Shown: positions 1 to 11,985 of the stretch, piece after piece
Layout of the letters: each line of letters opens with the position of its first letter
Numbering within the stretch: position 1 is the stretch's first letter
Source of the DNA: Chiloscyllium plagiosum
Lineage: Eukaryota
Direction: 5' to 3'
DNA: 64,000 nucleotides
Assembly (NCBI RefSeq): GCF_004010195.1
Contig: NC_057717.1
Location: forward strand, 105,169,927-105,233,926
Program-made: the position numbers and the translations under genes
Notes under the pieces: generated by a model
Databases searched by the model: none
What the model was told of the DNA's origin: nothing
Seen by the model: only the letters and a program-made list of their open reading frames with translations

Positions 1-1053
1 CTCACTCTGATGGCCACCTTTGTGTGTGGCTTCATCAAGCTGTGCGTGGATCCCCGGTACGTAAACACCAAGTGTCACTACGTACTGAGGTTCTACCTGT
101 CCCCGGTGTTGCGTAGGATGGGCCTGGCCTCGCTGCCGCGGAACGCTCCGAGTAGTTAGGCCATTCTGTGTCACCTGTCCTTCATGGAGAAGTTTATAAA
201 GAAAAATACCTTTGACCACAAGTTCATCAGGAAGTGGTCAGCACGTAGTGTCCTTGAGACCCTTCGGGAAAAGGAGAGGGCGGATCCTATCGAGCGGTTC
301 CCTGAGCAGACTGTCAAAGCCATTTGGCAGAATGCCTCATCGCCAGAACTTTCCAACAAGCACCAAGACATGGCTTGGCTGGTGGTGAGAAGGGCTCTGC
401 CTGTGAGATCCTTTATGCACGCCCAGACTCTCAGCCGCACCGCACGCTGCCCTTGAAGCGGCTGCGGGGGGGACGAGACTGTCACACACCTCCTTCTGGA
501 ATGTGCCTATGCAGAGGACGTCTGGAGAGGAATGCAGTGGTTTTTGTCGAGGTTCGTTCCGAGCAGCGCCGTGACGCGGGACTCCGTGCTCTACGGTCTG
601 TTCCCCGGGACGCACACCGAGACGAACATCAACTATGCCCTGGAGGATCATCAACTCGGTGAAGGACGCTCTCTGGGTGGTCCGAAACCTGCTGATCTTC
701 CAGCTGAAGGAGTTGACCCCGACTGAGTGTTGCGGACTGGCACATTCCATGGTCCAGGTCTACGTGTTGAGGGATGCGCTGAAGCTTGGGGCAGCTGTCG
801 CCAAGGCGCGGTGGGGAAAGACCACTGTGTAAAGTCTGCCTGACTAATGAAGAACAGGGGGCCCATGCAGTCATTTGGGCTCTGCTGACGCCTCAGCTAA
901 TTATATGGGCATATGATCAAAAAATGGACAGACCTGTATAAAAATGATAAGTTTTGATCTCTGTATGTACATGTTTACATATGTATGGCATGACCAACTG
1001 TACAGACCATCAAATTATTTTATGAATAAAGTATATTTTTGAAATTAAAAAAA
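1..1053 (+). mobile_element. Tx1/L1-clade LINE, 3' end of ORF2 (C-terminal cysteine-rich zf-RVT region), 3'UTR and A-tail; pseudogenised
   Basis: Reads ...WQNASSPELSNKHQDMAWLVVRRALPVR...RCP*SGCGGDETVTHLLLEC...WRIINSVKDALW...WGKTTV*. Stops at 157 and 454, frameshift near 635. AATAAA at 1025 then an A-run at ~1046-1053. CpG-rich relative to the rest of the window. Confidence 0.85.
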
Positions 1054-1059
1054 TCACAA

Positions 1060-1443
1060 TGGTGCATACAGGCTGACGTCATGAGGATCAGTAAATCCTT
1101 CTACGCCAGTCTGTATGACGCGAAGCTGACCGACAGCGCGGCCTCCCAGTCGTTCCTGTCCTCTATCACGGAGGTCTTAGACGACAGAACACGGGAGAGG
1201 CTGGACCTGCCGCTATCTCTGGACGAGCTGACCAAGGCCCTCGAGTCCTTCGAAAAGAATAAAACTCCCGGAAGCGACGGCTTACCGGTCAAGCTCTATT
1301 CCGCTCTGTGGGACTTGATTGGCCAGGATCTGCTGGAGGTGTATGTCAGTATGCTTCGGGCAGGTACCATGAGTGAATCCATGAGGAAAGGCATCATCAC
1401 CCTCGTCTACGAGCGGAAGGGGGAGAGGGAGGAACTCAAAAAC
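1060..1443 (+). mobile_element. Tx1-clade ORF2 internal fragment (pre-RT/RT N-terminal region)
   Basis: ORF 1039-1512: FYASLY...LSLDELTKALESFEKNKTPGSDGLP...WDLIGQDLLEV...MRKGIITLVYERKG, typical L1/Tx1 motifs preceding the RT core. Confidence 0.85.
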
Positions 1444-1749
1444 TTACTCCATGGATTTGGAGCCTATAATTCGGGACTGGAGCTGAGCAGGAGCGAACGG
1501 AGAACAGTCTGAGAAGGTAACAGATTCTGATTCGAAACGGTTTTGATGGAGGGAAAACTGAAAAAAAGTGACACAGGAGGGCTGTGATTTGATTGGCTAT
1601 TAAGGGGTCTGCTAAATTTGAATCAGTGTTAAATTGAATCTTGTTCATTTCTTGGTTACAATTTACTTATTGGTTACAACTTGCATAAGCAGAGATACAA
1701 AAACAATCAAAAATTTAAAAAAACAAATTCAAAACTAGTTAAATAAACT

Positions 1750-4360
1750 ACGGATGGAGGGTCAGGCTCTTTGTTGCTTCTGCATGATGTGGACCCCATT
1801 GTGGTTCCCAATGCCATATCTGTAGTAAATGTTGGTTGCTGGAAGAACTCTAGCTCGGAGTCGAGGATGAGCTGGAGTCTGAGCTTCAAACAGTGTGACA
1901 CATCAGGGAGGGGGAGAGTTACCTGGACACTGTGTTTCAGGAGAAAATCACACCCCTTAGACTAACCAACTCAAATTCAGCCAGTGTCAGGGACAAGAGG
2001 GTTGTGGCTGTGAGTGAGGCAGGTCGAGGGATCCAGGAGGTAGAGTTGCAAGAGCTTCAGCCCCTTTCCTTGTCTGACAGGTTCAAGAGTTTTGCACCCT
2101 GTGTGGACGGGAATGGGGACTGCAGGAAGGATGAGACGACTGACCGCAGCACCGTACTGCAGGGAGCCATTCAAGTGAGGGGAGAGAAGAGAAATGTTGT
2201 TGTAATTGGGGACAATATAGTTAGAGGCATAAACACTATTCTGTGATCAGGATCGAGAGTTCCAAAGGTTGTGTTGTCTGCCTGGTGCTTGAGTTTAGGA
2301 TATCTCATCTGGGCTGCAGAGGAACTTGGAATGCAAGGAAAAAGATCCAGTGGTCGTGATCCATGTAGGGACCAACGACAGAGATGAAACCAGGGCAGAG
2401 GTTCTGCTAAGGGAGTATGACTAGCTAGGAGCTAAGTGAAAAAGCAGAACCAAAAAGGTAATAATCTGTGGATTAGTACCTGAGCCACAGGCTAATCGGC
2501 ACTGGGTCAATAAGATTAAGCAGGTAAATGTATGGCTCAAAGTTTGGTGTGGGAGAAATGGGTTTGAATTCATGGGACATTGACACCAATACTGGGGAAG
2601 AAGGGACCTATTCCGATGAGACAGTCTTCATCTGAACTGTGCTGGGACCAGATTCCTTGCAAATCGCCTAATTAGGGTGTAGTCAGGGCTTTAATGTGAA
2701 TAGGATGAAGGGGGGGAGGGATATACAGGAAATTACAAAACCCAAATTAAAGAAGGACATAAGAGTGCAGAACTCAGGAAACATTATTAAAATCTCCAGC
2801 ACAGACACAAATAGGACAGAGTGTATGGAAAGGGTTAACGATCAAAACTTCAAGCACGCTGGACAAATGAATAACAATGAGAAGAAGGGCAGTTAATACA
2901 GGACTAAAGTTGTTATATCTGAAAGCATGCAATATAAGGAATAATGTAAATGAGTTTGTGGTGCAGATCGAAATTAGCATGTATGACATGGTAGGCACCA
3001 CGGAGACGTGGCTTCAAGGGGATCAGAATTGGAAGCAGAATTTTCCGATCAAAAAGAATGGCAAGTGGGCAGAGTGGGCAGGGTTGCCTTTTAGTAAGGT
3101 GGGGTTGGGTGGGGTAGGGGCAGGGTTGAGGGGGATTGGGGCAGACGGGGTTTTGGGGCAGGCAGGGGGTGGGAGTGGGGTTTGGTGCAGGCAGGAGGCA
3201 GGAGGTGGGAGATGACCGGGGTCTCGCACATGATGTGCTGCTGTCAAGTCTCCTGAATGTGGAGCAGACGTCACAGAAAACTCCGAGTCCAGAGCAAAAT
3301 CAATTAACGAAATAATGAATTATCTGAACGAAATAGTGCCCGCCCATCTCATTTGGATAATTGAGGTTCCTCTTCATACACCAGGAGATAGAAAAGATGC
3401 GTGGGAAAGGCAAAGTTACAGTCATCATGGGCGATTTCAATATGCTGTGGACTGGGAAAATCAGGTTGATAGTGGATTGCAAAAAAAAAGAATTTATGGA
3501 ATGTCTACAAAATGGTTTTCTTTGGAGCAGCTTGTAGTGGAGCCCACCAGGGAACAGGTAATTCTGGATTTAGTGTTGTGCAATGAGGCAAACTTGAGAA
3601 AGGGAGCTTAAGGTGAAGGAAGCCTAAGGAGTCAGTGATCATATCATGATTGAACTTAGTCTGCAATTTGAGGGGGAGAAGATAGCATCAGAGGTAACAG
3701 TATTACAGCTGAATAAAGGCAACTACTGAGGTATGAGGGAGGATCTGGGAAGAATTGAACTGGGAGAGGAACCTAGCAGGAAAGACAATGGAGATAGCAA
3801 TGGCAGGAGATTCTGGGAGTAATTTAGGAGACACAGCAAAGATTCATCCCGAGGAAAAAGAAGCATGGTGCAGGAAGGATGAGGCAACTATGGCTGACAG
3901 GTCAGGGCTACCATAAAAGCAAGAAAAAGCATATAATGTGGTGAAGGGTAAAGGGTAACCAGAGGATTGGGAAGCCTACAAAGACAACAGAGGCAACAAA
4001 GAAAAAGAAATAAGGAAGGAGAAGATTAAATATGAGGGTAAGCTGACCAGTAATATAAAAGGAAGACAGATATATAAAGGGCAAAAGAGAGGCAAAGTGG
4101 ACATTGGGCTGCTGGAAAAATGGCACTGCAGAGATAGTAGTGGGGAACAAGGGAATGGCTGAAGAACTGAATATTTCCTTCGCGTCACTCTTCACGGTGG
4201 AAGACATGAGTAATATCCCAAAACTTCAAGAGAGTGAGAGGGCAGAACTGAGTATGGTGGCCACCACCAAGGAGAAGGTGCTAGAAAAACTGAATGGCCT
4301 GAATGTGAATAAATCACCTGGACCAAATGGACTACAACCCAGAGTTCTAAGGGAGATACT
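1750..4360 (+). mobile_element. Decayed CR1 LINE: ORF1 (CxxC finger + SGNH esterase) and ORF2 endonuclease to start of RT
   Basis: ORF1 motifs CCFC/ICSKC, VVVIGDNIVRG, CCLPGA, VVIHVGTND, HLN. ORF2 motifs LKLLYLKA, YDMVGTTETWL, VIMGDFN, EPTREQVILDLVLCN, KSPGPNGLQPRVLRE. Many stops and frameshifts. Confidence 0.9.
3095..3373. mobile_element. Partial Tc1/mariner-type MITE with G-rich tract, interrupting the CR1 endonuclease
   Basis: Ends in GGATAATTGAGGTTCCTCT (3355-3373), the reverse complement of bases 11077-11095 in the left TIR of the MITE at 11076. The CR1 reading resumes after it. Confidence 0.6.
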
Positions 4361-4496
4361 TTTCAGATAACACAATGCTGCAGTTGAACCTGCCTCCACC
4401 ACACTTTCAAGCAATGTATTTCAGAACTTAACCACTCACTGCATGAAAAATATTCTTATATTCCATTTCCTTCTTTTATCAATTACTTCACATCTG

Positions 4497-6704
4497 CCAC
4501 ATTAGCCAACCTCCAGTCTTTTGGCACCTCACCTGTGACTATCGATGATACAAATATTTCAGTAAGAGGCCCAGAAATCACTTCCCTAGCATCCCACAGA
4601 GTTCTCGGGTACACCTGATCAGGTCCTGGGATTTATCCACCTTTATGCGTATAAAGACATCCAGCACTTACTCCTCTGTAATATGGACATTTTTCAAGAT
4701 GTCACCGTCTATTTCCCTACATTCTATATCTTCCATGTCCTTTTCTGCAGTAAATACTGATGCAAAATACTCGTTTAGTATCTTTTTCTGCGGCTCCACA
4801 CAAAAGCCTCCTTGCTGATCCTTGAGGGCCCTATTCTCTCCCTAGTTACCCTTTTGTTCTTAATGTATTTGTAAAAACCCTTTGGATTCTCCTTAACTCT
4901 ATTTGCCAAAGCTATCTCATGTTTTCTTTTTGCCCACCTGATTTCCCTCTTAAGTATACTCCTACTGCCCTTATACTCTTCTAAGGATTCACTCGATCAA
5001 TACCTGACATATGCTTCCTTCTTTTTCTTAACCAAACCCTCAATTTCTTTAGTCATCCAGCATTCCCTATACCTACCAGCCTTCCCTTTCACCCTAACAG
5101 GAATATACTTTCCCTGGACTCTTGTTATCTCATTTCTGAAGGCTTCCCATTTTTCAGACGTCCCTTTACGTGCCACTGTTTAAAAAAGGGAGTAAGGACT
5201 AGCCAGGGAACTCTGGACCAGTGAGCCTGACATCAGTGGTGGGCAAGTTGTTGGAGAGAATCCTGAGGGACAGGATGTACATATATTTGGAAACACATGG
5301 ACTGATTAGGGATAGTCAACATGGCTTTGTGCATGGGAAATCATGTTTTATAAACTTGATTGAGTTTTTTGAAGTAGTAACAAAGAGGATTGATGAGGGC
5401 AGTGTGGTAGATGTGCTCTATATGGACTTCAGTAAGGCATTCGACAAGGTTCCCCTTGGGAGATTGGTTAGCAAGGTTACAACTCATGGAATGCATGGAG
5501 AACTAGCCATTTGGATACAGAACTGGCTCAAAGGTAGAAGACATAGGGTGGTGATGGAGGGTTGTTTTTCAGACTGGAGGCCTGTGACCAGTGAAGTGCG
5601 ACAAGGATCGGTGCTGGGTCCACTTCTTTTCATCATTTATAAAAATGATTTGGATGTGAGCATAAGAGGTATAGTTAGTAAGTTTGCAGATGACTCAAAA
5701 ATTGGAGGTGTAATGGACAGCAAAGAAGGTTACCTCAGATTACAACGGGATCTTGGTCAGATTGTCCAATAGGCTGAGAAATGGCAGATGGAGTTTAATT
5801 CTGATAAATGCAGAGTCATTTTGGGAAAGCAAATCTTAGCAGGACTTATACACTTAATGGTAAGGTCCTAGGGAGTGTTGCTGAACAAAGAGACCTTGAA
5901 GTGCAGGTTCATAGCTCCTTGAAAGTGAAGTCGCAGGTAGATAGGATAATGAAGGAGGCATTTGGTATGCTTTCATTTATTGGTCCGAGTATTGAGTACA
6001 GGAGTTGGGAAGTCATGTGGCAGCTGCACAGGACATTGGTTAGGCCACTTTTGGAATATTGCGTGCAATTCTGGTCTCCTTCCTATCGGAAANNNNNNNN
6101 NNNNNNNNNNNNNNNNNNNNNNNNNNNNNNNNNNNNNNNNNNNNNNNNNNNNNNNNNNNNNNNNNNNNNNNNNNNNNNNNNNNNNNNNNNNNNNNNNNNN
6201 NNNNNNNNNNNNNNNNNNNNNNNTTGGAAAGATGTTGTGAAACTTCAAAGGCTTCAGAAAAGATTTACAAGGACGTTGCCAGGGTTAGAGGATTTGAGCT
6301 ATAGGGAGAGGCTGAACAGGCTGGGGCTGTTTTCCCTGGAGCGTCGGAGTCTGAGGGGTGACCTTATAGAGGTTTTCAAAATCAGAGGCATGGTTAGGAT
6401 TTTTCCTGGAGTGGGGGAGTCCAGAACTAGAGGGCATAGTTTTAGGATGAGAGGGGAAAGATAGAAGAGACCTAAGGGGCAGAAGGTGGTATGTGTATAG
6501 AATGAGCTGCCAGAGGAAGTGGTGGAGGCTAGTACAATTGCAACATTTAAAAGGCATTTGGATGGGTATATGAATAGGAAGGGTTTGGAGGGATATGGGT
6601 CAAGTGCTGGCAGGTGGGACTAGATTGGGTTGGGATATCTGGTCGGCATGGACGAATTAGACTGAAGGGTCTCTTACCATGCTGTACATCTCTATGACTG
6701 TATG
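4497..6704 (+). mobile_element. 5'-inverted CR1 LINE (4497-5169 minus, 5170-6704 plus) with 7-bp TSD ACATCTG
   Basis: Plus part encodes [49 protein letters not shown] and the 3' tail. Minus part is the ORF2 segment immediately upstream. TSD at 4490-4496 and 6705-6711 inside an older CR1 fragment. Confidence 0.9.
6093..6223. other. Assembly gap (N)
   Basis: Run of N. Confidence 1.
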
Positions 6705-7164
6705 ACATCTGTTCCCTCTTATTCTAGATCCTTTCATAAGTAGAAATTGCTTCCTGCACCTGCTTAGATATATTGTAACTGAAACCAAATGACCTATAAA
6801 TAGTGTATATTTAAAACTATGTGGCCAGAATGCCTATTTTACAAAGTTAATCTCAATGTTTTTGAGTGGCGATAGATTGTGACTGTGTTATTTATTTATG
6901 AAACTTAGGTTCAATTTCAGCCTTAGCTGATAGGAAAAAAGCCTCTTCTCTGCCAGGTATCTTATTTTATGGTGAAGTCTCTATTCAATTCCAAATAGAT
7001 ATGAACACATACCACAAATATATCCATAGGTTGTTACTGATGCCTACTTTAGAGGTGGTTGTCACCGACAGAAAAAAAAGACAGTAACAATAAATTGATT
7101 TCAGATGTAATCACACTGTATTACTTACAACTTATGTTACTTACAACTTATGGCCCAATAGTTG

Positions 7165-7730
7165 AGTACCAAAGTATTGATGTCAATAGGAATTGAGGAA
7201 AATCTCCTGACTGGTTAGAGTCAAACCTACCATAAAATAACTTGATTACGGTTGTTGGAAGTCAATCATCTCAGCACAACTGCAGGATTTCCTCAGGGTA
7301 GATGTTTTCTAATTAACCCGTTCAGACACGTCGTTTCACACCTCTGGAACTTGAACCTGTGCCTCCTGACTCAGAGACAGGGACATTACTACTGCACCAC
7401 AGTAGTTCTTCAGTGTAGTGACCTTGGTTCAACGATCTTCAACTACTTCATCAGTGGCTTTCTCTCCATAATAAAAGGTGATAAATGTTGTTGTCTATTT
7501 TGGATTTCTCAGATACTGAAACAGTCTGTGACCATATGCAGCAAGACCTGTACAAAATTCAGTTTTGGACCGATAAGTGGCAACTAACATTATAAAAACC
7601 AGAAAATGCCAGTGACCACCTCCAACAACACAAAAGCTTATCACCACCAGTGACATTTAATGGCATTACCATTGCTGAACCTCCTCAGCATTAGCCATTG
7701 TTCAGTGACTTAACTGTATCAGCCTACAGG
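7165..7730 (+). mobile_element. Old CR1/L2-like RT fragment, interrupted by a short tRNA-head SINE (~7300-7402, minus)
   Basis: Remnants of 'ttcctcagggtagtg..accatcttcaactacttcatca' (PQGSVLGP region). The insert on the minus strand reads tgtggtgcagtagta...ggttcaagttcc (A/B-box like). Confidence 0.55.
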
Positions 7731-8747
7731 ACATAAGGCATAACTACTAATACTGTGACTTCTCGTAACTTTCCTTTATAGTTCAGATAAACTAAATATT
7801 ATCAAACACATTCCCGTATATTCTCAGTATTTAAGCAATTCTAACCTATTCTTGCTCATGTTTTCACAAGATTTTAAAACCATTGAAGGGGTGATTTTAA
7901 CCATTTATTTCCTCTTAGACTAGATGACACTTAGATTTCTTTTTTTCAATGTTTATTGATGCATGTATGGAAAATGTACATATCCAAAAATGGCATACAG
8001 CTCAAATCCTTATTACAAGAGCAAAGGTTTTATATTATTTTGCTGATAAAAACTTCCAATCAAAAGGTAATACATTTACTCGCCCAAATCTCTATCCAAT
8101 TGTGTTCATGTAGTTTACATTCCAAGTTAGTTCACATGGATATATTACCCAATCATGTTCAAATTAATACACAACTATATTATCTAATCATATTCAAACT
8201 AATATGCATGATTATATTATCCAATCATATCATTATATGGGGTTTATAAATTCTCGCAGTTAGGACATATTCTAATTGTGGACATATATTATATTATTAA
8301 AGAAAGTCTATGCTGTCCACTTCCCATGCCCCTCCATCATATCCTCATTTTGCCTACACCTAGGTACACTGAAGTTTTGCTCACAATCAGTTGCATTTCT
8401 CAGTCTTGTATTCACTCTGCAAATTGTAGAAGGAAGTGTCTCATCACAATAGAAAATATGAAATGCTGATCTTCAAAATCCATCAGCTGATTTAATATCT
8501 TGAACTTTCATTGACTGACATAAGTTTAAAAAGGGATTGAAACACTGATATAAAATTGTCACATGAGTCACCTAACCCATCCAGGTTGGCCAGGCTTCAT
8601 GAAACCAATGTGAATTAAACCAAACATAGTCTGAGCTGATATTAACATTTTAAACAGTCAGCCAGGCTTTCCAATAGTTGCAAAAGGGCTTCATGTTCAA
8701 TTTGATTTATACCATAAAGAGAATTTTCATATATTGGAGATGAAACA

Positions 8748-9391
8748 TGCAATGATGCTGCTCCTTTAACAAGGTTATTCTGTCATTGTTTTTTTTTCGA
8801 GAGGGCTTGTAAATGATGAGATTCAGATGTGTCTGGTTTGTATGGGTTTTAGGGTCAATTTGAATATAGCTAACAATACTGCATCAGGCAAAAAGCTTTC
8901 AAGTTTAAAAAAAAATGCTTGTACAATAAAAGGGGAGTGGCCAGTTCTCCCAGCTTTTGTTTGGTTTGTTTTGGTTTTAGCAATCTGGCTTTTTTATAGC
9001 TTCTGGTCAAGTCTTAGCTGGGAGCCCAAAGAAGCTGCTGGACTAAAGAACAGCTTCATGCTTATCATCTCTCTCTGAGATGTCTCCTGTAAGAACCTAA
9101 TTTTGATTTACCTTTTTTGCCAAGGGGATGTTTATGGGAATGTTACAAATACCTGTATTTGGAATAGAATCATTATGTTCTGATAGAGTTGATTGGGTTT
9201 TCAGGTAAGTAATGTTATTCTATATTCTGTTCTCTTTTGTTCGTATATAAATAAATTGTTTTGTTTAAAACCAAGTGGTTGGGCCAGGTGCATCACTTCT
9301 GGTACATACACTTTTCGCCTGCTTAAAACAACTAGAAAAGTTAGCGTCTGGACTACCTTCTTGAAATGTTTTAATTGCCTTGTCCATAACA
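8748..9391 (+). mobile_element. Solo LTR of a Gypsy/Gmr1-type family, 4-bp TSD AACA
   Basis: TG...CA ends (tgcaatgatg ... gtccataaca), AACA at 8744-8747 and 9392-9395, internal AATAAA. Shares its terminus and internal blocks with the LTR at 57857-58520. Confidence 0.75.
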
Positions 9392-10769
9392 AACATCACC
9401 TACAATCATCAAGTCTGGAAACAAACTTCACCAGACAGAAGATGCAAACAAGCTATTTCAATGGACTATTTTGGCAAAGCAGAGGAGATGGATTGAGACA
9501 GCAGAACTGAACATAGGCTCGGGAAGGTTCTCTCCACCTCAAGAAGAAAAGCACCTGGTAACAAAACTGACTGAAATGGACCTCAGGCAGAAAAGAGCCT
9601 AAATGATAATTGCAATATTCACTGCAGTTGTTAGTCCAAGAAACCAAATAGTCCTGACCTCAGGTTAAAATTGTACACCTCAAGGACATCTAAAGGACTT
9701 TAAACTGTATATTCTTTTATATTTATTTTGTACTGAAGATTATTCCATTTTAAGAGAGTGTGTATGGATGAGTGAGTAAAAGAGATGAGTGCGTAGGTGT
9801 GCTTGTCTGTGTGTGTGTCTGGGGGTAGGAGAGAGAGAAAGAGGGAATTAGTAGGAGTGTGTGTAAGAGAATGAATAAGTAAGTGACAGAGTACGAGTAT
9901 GTGGGGTGGAAGGTAGGGGACAGCAAATGACAGAATGAAAAACATATGCTTGACATTGCATTTTAATTAATTTTCTCAGGGTTAGCAAATAATAAATCTA
10001 CTCTTTAATTCAAGAAATGTTGTGATTGGCTCCTTAATACCACAGTAAAAATTATTGAATTGCATTTTTAAATAAAGGTAGGTATAGCTTCGAGATAAAA
10101 AGAATTGTTGTGACTAATCAAAAGGTTGAAAAGTGGGGAACCAGTTAACTGTTTTTCACCTGGTCATAGTGAGTGAATGTGTGGGTTCATTAGCAAGTGA
10201 CAATCCTTATGCATTAATGTTGCATACATGAATGGAATTCACCTGATATTGTCAAGTTCTGAGAGTTTTGACTTGTTAATAGCTACCTTCAGTAATTTAT
10301 TTCCTATTTTCAACACCTATTATTAACCAAGACATCTATATTGTCTTCTGGTCAAATTGATACAGCTGCTGCATTCAACAAAGCCACTTAATATTCCATT
10401 GGGGCTCACTCAATGTTGTTACAAATATCAGATCTATTCTCTTTAGTCAGTGTTAACTGCCTCTCCCATAAGCAGACTATCGCATGTCACAGACAGACAT
10501 TTAATGGACTCAATGTCTGTGTTTACAATAGTGTGATTCTTGAGGTGTAATAATAAGATTTATAGAGCCAGTGGTTGTGGTCACATTGGGAACAAAAACA
10601 GGTAGAATTTTGATGAAACATCAATGATTGGACCAGCAACTCTGAACATATTTACATTGAATATGCAGTGATTTTATCATTTGTACTTATCAATGTACCA
10701 AATTAATGCACTGGCCTTTACCCTCCATGCTTGGGCTCTATGCACAATTATATAAAAACAACCTATATG

Positions 10770-11985
10770 AGGGCAATGATGCAACATTTCAAAGTTTACT
10801 GATGGCACAAAAATGGATAGGATTGAGTGTCATGAGGAGGAAGCAAGGAGGCGTCCAGATGATTTAGCCAAGTTGTGTGAGTGGGCAAACACATGGCAGA
10901 TGCAGTATTATGTGGTTAAATATGAAGTTATATACATAACAGAAAGGGAGTATACCATTTTAATGGTGACATATTGGCAAATGTGGATATATAAAGGGAT
11001 CTAGGTGTCCTTGTACACTACTCAAGTAAAATAGACAGGCAGGTGTAGCAAGCAATTACGAAGGTGAATGGTATACAGAGGAACCTCAATTATCCAGCAT
11101 TCAATTATCCGAACATTGGATTGTCCGGCAAGATCGCAATGTCCCGATAGCCGGCTAAACTAGTTAACCGGCATTCAATTATCCAGAATTTTATTAACTG
11201 AGCAAAATACTCCCCACCGTGTCTTTCAGTTGATCGAAGTTCCTCTGTATTGGCCTTCATTGCATGAGGATTTGAGTTCAGACATAGGGCTGTCTTTCTG
11301 CAGTTATACAGGCCTAAACAAGGCTACACATGGAGTGTTGTAAATAGTTTTGGTCTCCCCACCTGAGAAATTACATACATGTGAATGCAGCCAAGGTTCA
11401 CAAGGCTGATACTGGGAATGGGAGGACTGTTGTATGAGGAAATATTGGTTCAGTTGGGACTGTATTCACCACAGTTTAGAAGGATGATAGGTGATCTGAT
11501 TGAAACATTAGAATTCTAACAGGGCACGCAGTATGGGATAAGCCATTTAGGACCAAGATGAGAAAATGTTCTTCACTCAAAGGGTAGTGACCCCAGGGAA
11601 TTAGCTATTATAGAAGGCTGTGGAGGCCAAGTCATGGAATATACTCAAGAAAGGGACAGATTAATGTTTTGATACCTAAATTTCAAGAGAGTCGAGGGCA
11701 GAGATAAGGGTAGTGGTCATCACCTAAGGAAAAGGTGCTGAAGAAGCTGAAAACCCTAAACCTAACCAATTACATTTCCAGAGTTCTGAAGGAGATAGCT
11801 GAGGAGATGGGAGAGGCATTGGTGGTGATCTTTTAGGAATCATAGTCAGGGAGACTCCCAATGCTCTGGGAATGTTTAATGTAATACCCCTAATTAAGAA
11901 GGGAGGGAGGCGGAAGAGGGGAAGCTTTAGGCCTGTTACGTTGACCTCAATCATTGGTAAGCTATGAGAGTCCAATATTAAAGTC
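10770..11985 (+). mobile_element. Decayed CR1 ORF2 fragments
   Basis: KFxDGTK, LCEWANTWQMQY, FWSPHLRN and 3' region, followed by a separate pre-RT fragment (FRPVTLTSIIGK). Confidence 0.75.
11076..11247. mobile_element. 172-bp Tc1/mariner (Tigger/pogo-like) MITE with TA TSD
   Basis: TA|CAGAGGAACCTCAATTATCC ... GTTGATCGAAGTTCCTCTG|TA. Imperfect TIRs. Splits the CR1 sequence 'aatggta|ttggccttcat'. Confidence 0.8.

Noticed and set aside
6093..6223. Possible hidden insertion in the gap
   Set aside because: The flanks (tcctatcggaaa / ggaaagatgttg) overlap in CR1 coding sense, so the true gap is probably about zero.
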